From an uncultured virus (IMG/VR IMGVR_UViG_3300028840_003366) (Duplodnaviria; Heunggongvirae; Uroviricota; Caudoviricetes), in the IMG/VR virus record IMGVR_UViG_3300028840_003366: a stretch of 64,000 nt of DNA; one strand, 5' to 3'. The notes beneath the pieces were generated by a model. That model searched no databases and was not told the DNA's origin. It worked only from the letters and a program-made list of their open reading frames with translations. The position numbers were made by a program, and so were the translations under genes. Positions 36,554 to 47,181 of this stretch are shown here, one piece after another; the stretch's first letter is position 1, and every line of letters begins with the position of its first letter.

Positions 36554-39012
36554 TGCCAGCTGGAACTTTAGACCTAGGCAACCTGATAGCCCACATCCTT
36601 GCTGATAATACCCAATTCAACAAATCTATGCGTCAGAGCATTTCTGTATTGGATGCTACGGCAAAGAAGATGACGGCTGCTGGCCGGAAGTTGTCTATGG
36701 CCGTCACTCTTCCTTTGGCTGGGATTGGTATAGCTGCTGTGAAATCGTTTTCTCAGTTTGATGATGCAATGACCCAATCTCTTGCTATCATGGGTGATGT
36801 GTCAGACCAGATGAGAAAGAAGATGGAAGGCACAGCCAGGACAATCTCAACAGAGTCCATAACCAGCTCAACTGAATTGGCCCGTTCATATTTCTACTTG
36901 GCTTCTGCTGGTATGAATGCTGCTCAATCTGAAGCTGCTTTGGGTACGGTGGAGAAGTTTTCTGTTGCAGGTCGTTTTGATATGGCCCAAGCTACAGACC
37001 TATTGACGGATGCTCAATCTGCTTTGGGTCTTTCCAGTCAAGACACCCAACAGAATATGGAAGGGCTTTTGAAAGTTTCAGATACCCTTGTCAAAGCCAA
37101 TACACTTGCTAATGCAACAGTCCAGCAGTTTTCCGAATCACTTACCAATATGGCTGGTCCTGCAATCAAGCAATACAATATGGATTTGGAGGAAGGTGTT
37201 GCAATCCTAGCTGCTTATGCGGATCAAGGTTTGAAGGGAAATGTGGCTGGCTCTATGATGGGTCGAATGGTGAGATTGCTTGTCAAGAGCATCAATGAGA
37301 ATCGCCAGGCCTTTGCAGACTTGAATATTGATGTAGAAGAGTTTGCTTCCACAGGTAAGAACATAACGGGTGTCATAGAAGGGATCACCAAAGCAACTGA
37401 AGGAATGGGTCCAGCTCAGAAAGCAGCTACTTTGGAAATGCTAGGATTCCAAGCCCGTACTCAGCAAGCCATTCTTCCTCTGTTGGGAATCACAGACCGC
37501 ATTCGGGGATATGAGGAAGAATTGAGAAAAGCAGGAGGAATCACTCAAGAGGTTGCCGACAAGCAACTCAAGTCTTTCTCCTCTCAGATGAGGATTACAT
37601 GGAATAATGTAGTAGTTGCTTCGCAGGAAATTGGAAACCTTCTGGCACCAGCTGTTCAGAGAGCAGGTATGGTAATCAAATCGGCCACAGTTTGGTTTCG
37701 TGCTTTGTCTACTGAAACCAAACATACGATCATTGCTTGGGCGGTTATTACAGCAGCAATAGGTCCAGCACTTTTTATCTTTGGAAAATTTGTAGCTGTT
37801 CTCAAATTGTTGAATATGGCCTTGTTCATTTCTACTGGAGCAATCAAGGCTTGGACGATGGCTATGTTGACTAATCCTGTTACGCTTCTTATTGGAGCTG
37901 TTGTTGGTGCTGCTGCGGCTTTGAATGCTATGGAAGGAAGGGCTTTCACACTTCAGAATATGTTACTGAGTCTGTGGAAAATCATAGACCATGGAATCAT
38001 TACCATTAAGATGATAGCAGTTACCATCAAGACTGGTTTCAATGCAGCGGTTCTGTCTGTTGCTCTTGGTATTGGAAAATTGGTCAATGAAGCCAATGAA
38101 TTCATTCAATTTTTCAAAAACATTATTGGCCCAACTTGGGATTGGGTTTGGGCGAAATTTGATCTGCCTGTTTGGGCTTCCAAGGAATTTATATTGGTCA
38201 CTTTCAATGAGATCAAGAAAGTGGTCATGAAGGTTCTGCAGTTTCTTGTCAGACAGATTCGGGATTTCCTGAACAAGATGGGAAATCTGGCAGGAAAGGT
38301 TCCAGAGGTAGGAGAAAAGGTTGAGGCTGCATTTAGAGCAATGGCAACAGAGGCAGGTGCAGCTGAGCTAGGAATAGCCAAAAATATCAAAAAGACAGAG
38401 GATCATATTGAGGAATTAGGGAAAAAATCTCTTGATAAATCTAGAGATGTTACTAAAGCCTTTACTGCAATGATGCAAGCTGCTGATAAACCAATCAAAC
38501 CTATCTTTGATTTGAATTCCATCATTGATAAGATGGGAGAAAATGCTGAGGAAGGTAGCAGCAAATTGTGGGGTTTGATCCATGAGATGAAAGCACTACA
38601 GAAACAGCAGACATTAGAGATAGGTGGTGCTCCAGCAGGTGCTCCAGGTATGCCGGATATGGAAGCAGTGATGGGTGATGCTCAGAAGATGTATGAAGAG
38701 GCCTTGAAAAAGATGGAAGGTTCTACTCAAGGATTTGCAACAGGTCTTCAGGCATTGAAACCTGCCATAACAGGTTTCTTCCAAGAGACATTGGGTGGTA
38801 TAATGGAGATGGTCCAAGACCCAGAAGTGCAAGCAATGGCTGCTGGCAATCAGCAGTTGATGGGTATGTTCCAGTCTCGTATTGAAATGCTCCAGCAGTT
38901 TGGTCAATCTTACAATGATATCATGACAGAGATTGCTAATAGAAATGTTGAGGAAGTTGATAAAGCTGCTGCTAGACAAATCGCAATTGAGCAATACAAG
39001 AAAGCCATTTAG
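36553..39012 (+). CDS. Tape measure protein (TP901-like core), N-terminal part
   Basis: FDDAM, LASAG, ANT.AN.TVQQFSE, QGLKG..AG; Ala-rich helical. Confidence 0.9.
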   Translation: MPAGTLDLGNLIAHILADNTQFNKSMRQSISVLDATAKKMTAAGRKLSMAVTLPLAGIGIAAVKSFSQFDDAMTQSLAIMGDVSDQMRKKMEGTARTISTESITSSTELARSYFYLASAGMNAAQSEAALGTVEKFSVAGRFDMAQATDLLTDAQSALGLSSQDTQQNMEGLLKVSDTLVKANTLANATVQQFSESLTNMAGPAIKQYNMDLEEGVAILAAYADQGLKGNVAGSMMGRMVRLLVKSINENRQAFADLNIDVEEFASTGKNITGVIEGITKATEGMGPAQKAATLEMLGFQARTQQAILPLLGITDRIRGYEEELRKAGGITQEVADKQLKSFSSQMRITWNNVVVASQEIGNLLAPAVQRAGMVIKSATVWFRALSTETKHTIIAWAVITAAIGPALFIFGKFVAVLKLLNMALFISTGAIKAWTMAMLTNPVTLLIGAVVGAAAALNAMEGRAFTLQNMLLSLWKIIDHGIITIKMIAVTIKTGFNAAVLSVALGIGKLVNEANEFIQFFKNIIGPTWDWVWAKFDLPVWASKEFILVTFNEIKKVVMKVLQFLVRQIRDFLNKMGNLAGKVPEVGEKVEAAFRAMATEAGAAELGIAKNIKKTEDHIEELGKKSLDKSRDVTKAFTAMMQAADKPIKPIFDLNSIIDKMGENAEEGSSKLWGLIHEMKALQKQQTLEIGGAPAGAPGMPDMEAVMGDAQKMYEEALKKMEGSTQGFATGLQALKPAITGFFQETLGGIMEMVQDPEVQAMAAGNQQLMGMFQSRIEMLQQFGQSYNDIMTEIANRNVEEVDKAAARQIAIEQYKKAI

Positions 39013-39469
39013 TCTTCTTTCTGCTTCTATCTCTCTATTGACAAGCGGGGGAAAGAAGAATTTCAAATTGTATAAGAACTTGGCAATGGCTGAGGCCATC
39101 GTGGCTACTTACTCAGCGGCCAACAAAGCTCTTAATACAGGACCAGTTCCAAATCCCGCTTTGGCTGCAGCGACAATCATCATGGGCCTTGCCAGGGTAC
39201 GGCAGATAGCCCAGACTAAAATAGGAAGTGGTGGCGGTGGAGCTGGTGTTGGTGGTGGGGGTGGTTTTGGTGTTACTCCGAAAGCTGGTGGACGTTATCA
39301 GGAAACGGTTGAGAAACCAGAGGAAGAGAAAAAGCCTGATCAGTGGACAGTGGTCATTGAGAACGTTCATGGAACGGCTGATGATAGATTTGCAGACCAG
39401 TTGGCTGAATCTTTGATGAATCGAAGCAGAGATGGTCGTGAATTCGGATTTGCTACAATTTCAAAATAG
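39002..39469 (+). CDS. Tape measure protein C-terminal part, in the +1 frame
   Basis: GKKNFKLYKNLAMAEAIVATYSAANKAL...IAQTKIGSGGGG resembles typical TMP C-termini. Confidence 0.7.
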   Translation, partial: KPFSLLSASISLLTSGGKKNFKLYKNLAMAEAIVATYSAANKALNTGPVPNPALAAATIIMGLARVRQIAQTKIGSGGGGAGVGGGGGFGVTPKAGGRYQETVEKPEEEKKPDQWTVVIENVHGTADDRFADQLAESLMNRSRDGREFGFATISK

Positions 39470-39479
39470 GTATTGACAT

Positions 39480-40289
39480 ATGGCATATCAACTTCCTTTC
39501 ATTCTTTATGACAACGTTCTGGAGGATGGAACGCTGTCCGTGACTTCTGAGGAATCCGGCTTTCCAAAAGAGAATATGGTTGATTGGTTGGATTGGACGT
39601 ATTGGAAAGCCTCCAGTGCAGTGACTCAGAACATTGATGTGGATAAAGGAGCGGCTGGAATATCAGTTGATACCTTGGCTGTGCTTGCTCACAATTTTGG
39701 GACTGGTGGAAACTCTTTGGACTGTGATATAACAGTTCAGGAGGATGACAACCCTTCTTTCTCCTCTCCTACTACGTTGGGCTCTGTGACAATAACGGAT
39801 GACAAACCTTTCTATCTTGCATTGACGGCAGGTACAGAGAGATACAACAGAATCAAGATTGAGAATATGGAGGATGCACCGTTCATTGGTGTAATTTTCC
39901 TTGGGGCAAAGATGACGATACCTGTTGGGCCTGAATTTGATTTTGATCCTGACCGCCAGAATATCCAGTCAGAAAAATTTGTCAGCTACAGCGGAAGGAT
40001 GGTGTCTTCAGCTGTGAAGTATTCGGAGAGGGATATGAATGTTCCTTTCCGTAGAATCGCTCAGAGCTTCGTGGCTTTAAATTTGCTTCCTTTCCTTGAA
40101 GACCATTGGGCTCAGATGATTCCTTTCTTCTTTGTACCTGATCCGGGTGATGTATTCGGGACAGACAAAATCTACTACTTGGTGGCTCCAGACAATCCGA
40201 CAATTGAACTTCCTGTGTATGAGGATGATATTGCTTTCAGAAACTGGACACTCAGAGCACAAGGGGTACGGCAAAGTACCTTCAGATAG
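39480..40289 (+). CDS. Distal tail-like protein
   Basis: Follows TMP; LAHNF; beta-rich. Confidence 0.6.
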   Translation: MAYQLPFILYDNVLEDGTLSVTSEESGFPKENMVDWLDWTYWKASSAVTQNIDVDKGAAGISVDTLAVLAHNFGTGGNSLDCDITVQEDDNPSFSSPTTLGSVTITDDKPFYLALTAGTERYNRIKIENMEDAPFIGVIFLGAKMTIPVGPEFDFDPDRQNIQSEKFVSYSGRMVSSAVKYSERDMNVPFRRIAQSFVALNLLPFLEDHWAQMIPFFFVPDPGDVFGTDKIYYLVAPDNPTIELPVYEDDIAFRNWTLRAQGVRQSTFR

Positions 40290-40297
40290 GATGAGAA

Positions 40298-42091
40298 ATG
40301 GCTTGGTCTGATGACATAGGCAAGATTGGTAGAAGCTGGGTTTGGTATATTGAGATTGAACCTAGAGCTTGTGCCAATGTCTATGGTAATTCCCCTTGCA
40401 CTGCTTCTGGTGGCCAGTGTGGATATTCCTGGGCCACGTGCGAAGATCCAAACAATTTCGTTTTGGATACAGTCACATACAAATTCTCCAGCAAGGATGG
40501 TCCAAAGATATTTGATGGGACCCAGGTACAGCCCACATTGGTTTCTGTATCTGATATGCCCACGGAAATCAACCCGGACAAATCCACCACCATCAATGCC
40601 CGTGTGCAGATGACATTTGAGGATGTGAAGAATCCTCCACCCCTTCATTCTGACAAAGGAGCTGGAAAGTTCCATGCGTACAGGAATGCTACCTTCTGGA
40701 GAATTTTCACCCGTATTTATCGGGAGAGTTATAAATATTGCACACTCAGATTGTATGAAGGGCTTTCTACCTACACACAATTGTCTGACTTCAGCCTCCG
40801 AAGGGAATTGAGAGTCAACAATATTGAATTCCTGAGTGATGGAAAGGTGCGAATTACAGCAACAGATAAAACCCGCTCTGCTAAGTCTATCAAGATTCCC
40901 AATGCCATCTCCTCTTCCAATGTGACAACTGCTCAGGTGACTGCTGGTGATTCTACTATCCCGGTCACAGATGATTCTGAATTCAAGATTCTTTCCGCTG
41001 GCTATCCCTCATATGCCAAGATTATTGACAGCGTAGCTGGGGATGAATATGTCAAGTTCACTGAAATCAATTCCGTTGGTGCTTTGGCCAATGTCACTCG
41101 TGGACTTTTTGGAACTTCAGATGTTACCCATGCAGCTGGAAAGAAAGTGATTCAGGTGGCAGTTTTCGCTGACGATACAGATACAGGAATTGCGGCTGAC
41201 ATTGGAGAGAATCCGGTTGACATCTGCAAGGAGATTATACTGGGTTGGATAGGCACAGCTGCAGCCGATGTGGATGATACTCAATTCGATACTGAGAGAG
41301 ACATCTGGTATCCCTCTTTGAAATATCGGAGAATCATCGAAAGTCCAGTGGAGGCAGACAAGCTACTGTCTCAACTCAACCAATTCATGATGGCCAACAT
41401 CTGGCAGAATGAAAGTCAGAAGCTCACATTCAGAGGATTGAAACCACAGGCTCCTGGAGAGTCTATTGCAGAATTCAAAACCACTGAGAATATTCTGAAA
41501 GACTCTCTCAAGATCAATAACAAGGTAGAAACCCAGGTCAGCAGAGTGACAGTTCATTTTGCACCTAGTGATACTTGGGGCACCAGTGACCATTCTTCTG
41601 CTGATGATTTCGATGAGCATTTGATTTGGATTGATGCAGCAGCAGAGAATAGCAATGGCCAAGGTGATATAGTTGAGGTTGAATTCTTTGCAGATTGGAT
41701 TTATGCCATATCAGAGGCCAGGTCATTTGCCAGCCGGTACATTAGGAGATTTGCTCCAGTGGCTCCAGCTGAGATTGAGTTTGAAGTCTATCGCAGAGAT
41801 GCAGAGACTGAGACTGGGGACATCATAGATTTGACAAGTGATTTGTTTGTGGATGATGATGGCTCTGATGATACTTTGAATTTTCAGATACTGGCAAAAT
41901 CTGAATCTCAAAAAGGTATCATCAAAATGAAGGCTTTGGAAACGAAGTTTGCTTTGAAATATGCTTTCATTGCTCCTACTGGTTATCCAGATTGGACCAG
42001 TGCTACAGATGCTCAGAAAGAATATGGATACATCTGCAATACAGGCACTGAGAAGATGAGTGATGGTGGCCCAGCGTCCTATATTTGGTGA
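40298..42091 (+). CDS. Tail tip/hub protein
   Basis: N-terminal Cys cluster, RGLFGT..THAAG, ETGDIIDL. Confidence 0.65.
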   Translation: MAWSDDIGKIGRSWVWYIEIEPRACANVYGNSPCTASGGQCGYSWATCEDPNNFVLDTVTYKFSSKDGPKIFDGTQVQPTLVSVSDMPTEINPDKSTTINARVQMTFEDVKNPPPLHSDKGAGKFHAYRNATFWRIFTRIYRESYKYCTLRLYEGLSTYTQLSDFSLRRELRVNNIEFLSDGKVRITATDKTRSAKSIKIPNAISSSNVTTAQVTAGDSTIPVTDDSEFKILSAGYPSYAKIIDSVAGDEYVKFTEINSVGALANVTRGLFGTSDVTHAAGKKVIQVAVFADDTDTGIAADIGENPVDICKEIILGWIGTAAADVDDTQFDTERDIWYPSLKYRRIIESPVEADKLLSQLNQFMMANIWQNESQKLTFRGLKPQAPGESIAEFKTTENILKDSLKINNKVETQVSRVTVHFAPSDTWGTSDHSSADDFDEHLIWIDAAAENSNGQGDIVEVEFFADWIYAISEARSFASRYIRRFAPVAPAEIEFEVYRRDAETETGDIIDLTSDLFVDDDGSDDTLNFQILAKSESQKGIIKMKALETKFALKYAFIAPTGYPDWTSATDAQKEYGYICNTGTEKMSDGGPASYIW

Positions 42092-42567
42092 AAGGTTCTA
42101 GCATGTTTGCGTTCCCTCCAAATTTCAATAAGCTATTCTCAAGATTGAAACAACAGCCTCAGAATCAGAAGGCTATGTTTGAGCTGAAATTCAACGAGTC
42201 TAGAGGGATTGCCAGACCTTTCATTACCAACGTTCTGTATGACAAGACTTTGGATATACCTTCAGCAATGAAATTTCTGAGATTTGAGAGGGAAGCAGAT
42301 TTGGGAAAAGCCCTCATCTGTCAACATACTTGTGCTCAGAATATGAAGGTGCGTTTTTTCATCAAGTATGTTCCCAAGGGCATCAAGCCTTTCAGTTTGA
42401 GATTGACCATTTGCCCAGACTGCGGTGCTCCAGTTGCCTATCAGTTCATTGTCTATCCGGGTGACTTGAACAAATATCCCAAAATGAGGGATGTTCGCAA
42501 GTTTGAGAATCCAGATGAGCTTCCAAGGGCAAAGATGAGCCCTGAATACAAAATAGGAGTTGCATAA
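42085..42567 (+). CDS. Hypothetical protein
   Basis: 160 aa; CPDCG. Confidence 0.5.
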   Translation: MVKGSSMFAFPPNFNKLFSRLKQQPQNQKAMFELKFNESRGIARPFITNVLYDKTLDIPSAMKFLRFEREADLGKALICQHTCAQNMKVRFFIKYVPKGIKPFSLRLTICPDCGAPVAYQFIVYPGDLNKYPKMRDVRKFENPDELPRAKMSPEYKIGVA

Positions 42568-43175
42568 TGCCAGTTCCAAGTAAATCATTCACGACCATAG
42601 CCGATAGCGCAATAGACGCTGATTCCCCCCTCACTGCTGACTTGATGGAGGACTTCCGGGACAATGATATCTTCCTCTATGAGTGGATAGGTTACGGCTA
42701 CACGGCAGCCCAAGCCCATGACCATGATGGAGTCAACAGTGCTTTAGTTGATATCTCAGGATTGCTCCAGGCTTATAATGCTCAACACACAGTTGATGGT
42801 AGTGGAAGTAGTTGGAATATAGATACTGGTTCCCTTGGTTTCACTCCTCAATGTATGCTTGTTCATTGGGCAATGTCAGGAGCAAATATTTTGTACAATG
42901 GATGGGGTATGGGAATGGGTACGGCTGCTGGGGATCAGCATGGAATGTCAATGCGTTGGGATATAAGTGCAGCAGGAGTTCTTGATAATCTTTCTATTGA
43001 CTCAAATGACATAATGGGATATTCAATTACAACAGGTGGTGCTTTTGTCACTTCCTTTGCTTCTGATCAAGCCCGAATAGATGAATGGACATCTAGTAAT
43101 ATAGAAATTCAAACTCAATCAGGAGCATGGCTGGGTGTTACAATTTATATCAATGTTCAAGTTTGGGGAGCTTAA
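42567..43175 (+). CDS. Short tail fibre/minor tail protein
   Basis: IDADSPLT..LM..RDN, HDHDGVNS, LGFTP. Confidence 0.6.
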   Translation: MPVPSKSFTTIADSAIDADSPLTADLMEDFRDNDIFLYEWIGYGYTAAQAHDHDGVNSALVDISGLLQAYNAQHTVDGSGSSWNIDTGSLGFTPQCMLVHWAMSGANILYNGWGMGMGTAAGDQHGMSMRWDISAAGVLDNLSIDSNDIMGYSITTGGAFVTSFASDQARIDEWTSSNIEIQTQSGAWLGVTIYINVQVWGA

Positions 43176-43177
43176 TT

Positions 43178-43552
43178 GTGATAATATATTACCAAGACAG
43201 CACAAAGAAAATCAGAGCGATTCTTAATCACAAAGCCAAGACTCATCTTGATACACAAGAAAAGTTGGAAGCAGACATGAATGTAATGTTTCCAGAAGGC
43301 GATGTGGGAGTGAGCAGATTTGCAGAGGATAAGGAAGCAGCTTGCGGAGGTATCTGGGACCCAGTGACTCAGACTCAGATTGCTCCTCCTGTCAATCCAA
43401 CCAAGCCTCCTCATCCTCACAAAGACCGTTTGAAGGAACTCATTAATAAATGGGCAGCAGACCCGACAAAGGCAACCACGGCTGAGGTTGCTGAATATCT
43501 GGTCAAAGCAGATTTGACCAAGAAGATGACGGAGGTTGCTGTCAGTCCATAG
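43178..43552 (+). CDS. Hypothetical (possible fibre chaperone)
   Basis: GTG at 43178 after GGAG; follows the fibre gene. Confidence 0.45.
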   Translation: MIIYYQDSTKKIRAILNHKAKTHLDTQEKLEADMNVMFPEGDVGVSRFAEDKEAACGGIWDPVTQTQIAPPVNPTKPPHPHKDRLKELINKWAADPTKATTAEVAEYLVKADLTKKMTEVAVSP

Positions 43553-43576
43553 TATTCAATTACAAGGGAAGGTTTT

Positions 43577-44233
43577 ATGAAATTGGCTGAACACGATGCA
43601 GGACATCCTAAACGACCACTGGTCATAGCCTACTATACAATTGATACTCCATACGAAGGTGAAGCAGAAGTCCTGAAGCTATCTCTGGAATCAGTAGGCT
43701 ACAGCTACTCAATTGCTGGTGTTCCCAATCTTGGAAGCTGGCAAAAGAATACTCAGTACAAAGCCTCATTCATTTTTAAGATGCTTCACAAATATCCTTC
43801 TGAACCATTACTGTATCTGGATGTGGATGCTATCATGGTTCAACCTCCTACACTTCTGGACAATCTCAAGGCAGATATTGCAGCAGCCCATTTTGCTAAT
43901 CGTGCAGGAGGCCCAGGAGGTGAACTGCTCTCAGGCACTCTCTTTCTCGGCAACACCAATAAATGTCTGCGGATTGTAGAGAGATGGATTGAGTTGAATG
44001 AACAATATCCTGACAGATTGCCTAATGGAAAAGATGCTTGGGACCAGAGGACATTGAAGATGGCTATCCAGAATGTTCCTGAAGTGAACTTTGTTGAATT
44101 GCCTCAGGAGTACACATGGATCACAGAACTTACCCAGAGAAGAATGCCAGGATTGAGTCCGGTGATTATGCATACCAGGGGTGCAAAGAGATTTAAGAAT
44201 TTGATCAACGGACTGAGAGGGTACGCAAAATGA
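43577..44233 (+). CDS. GT-A glycosyltransferase (nucleotide-diphospho-sugar transferase-like)
   Basis: KASFI, LYLDVDA (DxD), SGTLF, WDQ, LPQEY. Confidence 0.8.
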   Translation: MKLAEHDAGHPKRPLVIAYYTIDTPYEGEAEVLKLSLESVGYSYSIAGVPNLGSWQKNTQYKASFIFKMLHKYPSEPLLYLDVDAIMVQPPTLLDNLKADIAAAHFANRAGGPGGELLSGTLFLGNTNKCLRIVERWIELNEQYPDRLPNGKDAWDQRTLKMAIQNVPEVNFVELPQEYTWITELTQRRMPGLSPVIMHTRGAKRFKNLINGLRGYAK

Positions 44234-44360
44234 TAGAACGCTCAAAATTCGTTTATAAAGAGGGTTTGTTTTTGAGCATAAGAAACTATATAAAAAGAAA
44301 GAAACGGCTTCCTAGGGACTGTTTTGAAGCTCTTAGGTATATAGAAATAGGGAAAAGCGT

Positions 44361-45062
44361 ATGGGTAGACTCAAAGGAAGTAAACTTACTGAAGAGCATA
44401 AAAGAAAAATAAGTGAATCTCATAAAGGTAAAAGACTATCTGAAGAACATAAAAGAAAAATAAGTAAAGCCATAAAAAGACTTCCAGATGAATATCGAAA
44501 AAAATTAAGTGAAGTTCGTAAAGGTAAAAGACTATCTGAAGAACATAAAAGAAAAATAAGCAAAACTCTTATGGGGCATGAAGTCTCAAAAGAAACAAGA
44601 AGAAAAATAAGTAAAGCTAATATAGGAAATAAAATTTCAGAGGAACATAAAAGAAAAACAAGCGCTAGTATATCACTAGCGATTAAAGAAGGAAGATTAA
44701 ATACAGGAGGAACAATAGGAATATCTGGTAATTTCTATTCCAAGAAAAACAAACAAATGCTTCACTATCGTTCTCAATTGGAACTGAATTGGTATCAACT
44801 TCTGGAAAAGATGAAGAAGGTAAAGAAATACCAAGTTGAGCCTTGTGTAATTCCTTATGAGTTTGAAGGAATGCAAAAACACTATGTTCCTGATCTTAGA
44901 ATTGTCTATACAGATGGAAGTTCAGAATTGGTTGAAATTAAACCTGAACCATTTTGGAATCATCCTATCAATCAAGCCAAATGGAAAGCAGCTAGACATT
45001 GGTGTAAGACAAGAAAGAGATCAATCAGTTTTAGAGTGGTAGGGTATGAGGAGTTGAATTGA
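44361..45062 (+). CDS. Free-standing putative homing endonuclease: NUMOD3 repeats plus TnsA-N-like PD-(D/E)xK domain
   Basis: Repeated [28 protein letters not shown]-rich. Confidence 0.8.
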   Translation: MGRLKGSKLTEEHKRKISESHKGKRLSEEHKRKISKAIKRLPDEYRKKLSEVRKGKRLSEEHKRKISKTLMGHEVSKETRRKISKANIGNKISEEHKRKTSASISLAIKEGRLNTGGTIGISGNFYSKKNKQMLHYRSQLELNWYQLLEKMKKVKKYQVEPCVIPYEFEGMQKHYVPDLRIVYTDGSSELVEIKPEPFWNHPINQAKWKAARHWCKTRKRSISFRVVGYEELN

Positions 45063-45733
45063 TGTCTATCGAAGTGTGGTGTTGTTGGCCTACGGTGAAT
45101 ATGGAAAGAAGCCGGGAAATGATAAAGGTGTGGCATGAGAGAGGCTACAAAGTGTCTGTTCTCATCAATCCACCTCATGAAGACACTGAATTGGCTGAAG
45201 CTGAGAGAGTGATAGTCCAGAATGAATGGAAGGGATTTCCTGTAGCAGCCAACGTCCTATGCTGGGAAACTCCCGGAGATATTGTAGTGGTAGTTGGTGA
45301 TGATATTTATCCTGACAAGGATCATACCCCACAGGAGATTGCGGGAGATTTTCAAAGACACTTTCCAGATTTCTTCGGAGTGATGCAACCGATTGGTGAT
45401 GAATTCGGGTGGACTCACAAATGCGCTGTCTCTCCTTGGATTGGAAAGATGTTCATTGAGAAATCCTATAATGGATGTGGTCCTTTCTGGGAAGAGTATT
45501 TTCATTATTTCTGTGATCAGGAATTACAGGAATATGCAACCAAGCTGGGAGTGTTCTATCAAAGGAAAGACCTGACTCAATATCACGATCATTGGCAACG
45601 GAAAGAAGGGGGAGAACGACCTGGCTATCTGTTGCCAGCAAAGAAGAGATGGCACAAAGATAAAAAAATATTTGATGGAAGAATGGCGAAAGGATTTCCA
45701 GATGGGATTAACAAAACAAGAAGATATAGCTAA
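45062..45733 (+). CDS. GT-A (GT2-like) glycosyltransferase
   Basis: WPT, VVVGDDIYP, YFHYFCDQE, YHDHW. Confidence 0.7.
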   Translation: MSIEVWCCWPTVNMERSREMIKVWHERGYKVSVLINPPHEDTELAEAERVIVQNEWKGFPVAANVLCWETPGDIVVVVGDDIYPDKDHTPQEIAGDFQRHFPDFFGVMQPIGDEFGWTHKCAVSPWIGKMFIEKSYNGCGPFWEEYFHYFCDQELQEYATKLGVFYQRKDLTQYHDHWQRKEGGERPGYLLPAKKRWHKDKKIFDGRMAKGFPDGINKTRRYS

Positions 45734-46418
45734 AACGTGGGGCTCACATCAGCCACTGCTCAAAGCCGTGCTGGAGGTGTTGAAACCTAAGTCAGCTGTA
45801 GAATGTGGGTGTGGGGATTTTTCAACACCCCATATGAAATGGATTCCTTATTTGACAACTATTGAACATGATCCTAGATGGGCTAAGATAATTCAGAATG
45901 AATATCCTTGGAGGCTTGGAAAGATAGATGAGAACAGTCCTGGTGGTGTGAAGAAATCACCTATAAAATGGAATTGGTATATTGAGAGATTTGAAGCCAA
46001 GAATCCAACACGTATATCTGAATTGCCTACGGGAGAATTTGATAACATATGCTATTATTATCAGAGGCTTGCTACGGAATTCAAACCCTTTGACCTTCTG
46101 TTTGTTGATACCTTCACGGCCTGTCGAGTTCCTGCTGTTCTCTATCTTGGAACGTTGGCGGAATATATCATCATTCATGACCTTGAACCACCTGGCCCAG
46201 AAGTCTATGAATGGGAAAGGCTTGATGATTTTCTCAAAGGATGGAAACAATATCTCCACAAACCTATGGGCCATGTAGGCAATGGCCATCAGATTCCATG
46301 GACGGGTTTGTTCTCAAGGAAAGAGATACCATTGGATGAATTGAATAAAGCAATGGAGCCAGAGTCAATACGGCTTTGGAAAGAACATACACCTTTGGTA
46401 GAGATGACAAATGATTGA
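45702..46418 (+). CDS. Class I SAM-dependent methyltransferase-like
   Basis: VECGCGDFST, IEHD, FDLLFVD, IIIHD. Confidence 0.7.
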   Translation: MGLTKQEDIAKTWGSHQPLLKAVLEVLKPKSAVECGCGDFSTPHMKWIPYLTTIEHDPRWAKIIQNEYPWRLGKIDENSPGGVKKSPIKWNWYIERFEAKNPTRISELPTGEFDNICYYYQRLATEFKPFDLLFVDTFTACRVPAVLYLGTLAEYIIIHDLEPPGPEVYEWERLDDFLKGWKQYLHKPMGHVGNGHQIPWTGLFSRKEIPLDELNKAMEPESIRLWKEHTPLVEMTND

Positions 46419-47181
46419 CTTGGTAGCAGGATATGCCCGTGGATATAATGCTGATGAAATCCGGCCTTTCCTGAAGTCACTTCGGAAAACTGGATACAAT
46501 AGAAAAATCCTATTGTTTGCAGATGGGGAAGCAGCAGAGGAAGCAAAGAATTGGGATGTGGATTTATTTGAAGTCCCTGCGCTCAAAGTCAAAGTCCATT
46601 CTGATAGGTTCTTATGCTTGGAAAGAGTGTTGAGTGATTATCCCTGTGAAGGCATTTTCCTTTCTGATACCCGTGATGTCATCTTCCAGAAGAATCCTGC
46701 TTTGAATCTTCCTTCTGATGGGCTGAATGTCTATGAAGAGGATCAAAGCATGAGCTTGGGAATATGCCCTTACAATTCCAAGTGGATTAAACTGGGGTAT
46801 GGTGAAGATGTATTGAAAGAGATGGGAGCCTATCCAATATCATGCGTAGGGACAACCTGCGGTGATAGGGATTCCGTGCTTCATTATCTGAAGAAACTGA
46901 AGGAAGAGATTGAGAGAATTCAACCCAAGACAACCCATCCTCAGGATCAAGCCGCTCACAATTATCTTATCAGAAAAGACTTGGCTGACCTTCAGATTGC
47001 TTCCCAACTTCGGGTATGGAATAATGAAGAGGGAGAGATATACACGGTTGGCTACATTCCCCGTGGGACAGTGCAATTGAGAAACAATAAAATCATCAAC
47101 AAAGCAGGAGTTGCTCCAACGGTAATTCATCAATGGGATAGACACCGCAATCTTGAAAATCTAGTGAGGTTGGTTTTATGA
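46411..47181 (+). CDS. GT-A fold putative glycosyltransferase
   Basis: FLKSLR.TGY, LSDTRDVIFQKNP, DQAAHNY, IHQWDR. Confidence 0.7.
   Translation: MIDLVAGYARGYNADEIRPFLKSLRKTGYNRKILLFADGEAAEEAKNWDVDLFEVPALKVKVHSDRFLCLERVLSDYPCEGIFLSDTRDVIFQKNPALNLPSDGLNVYEEDQSMSLGICPYNSKWIKLGYGEDVLKEMGAYPISCVGTTCGDRDSVLHYLKKLKEEIERIQPKTTHPQDQAAHNYLIRKDLADLQIASQLRVWNNEEGEIYTVGYIPRGTVQLRNNKIINKAGVAPTVIHQWDRHRNLENLVRLVL

Noticed and set aside
39010..39075. TAG readthrough or recoded genetic code in the tape measure gene
   Set aside because: Reading through meets TAA about 20 codons later, and TAG is a normal stop for the capsid and protease genes
44230..44412. 60-aa ORF as a conserved protein related to SbcC
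   Set aside because: The similarity is better explained by the shared DNA element, which also occurs intergenically; coding status uncertain
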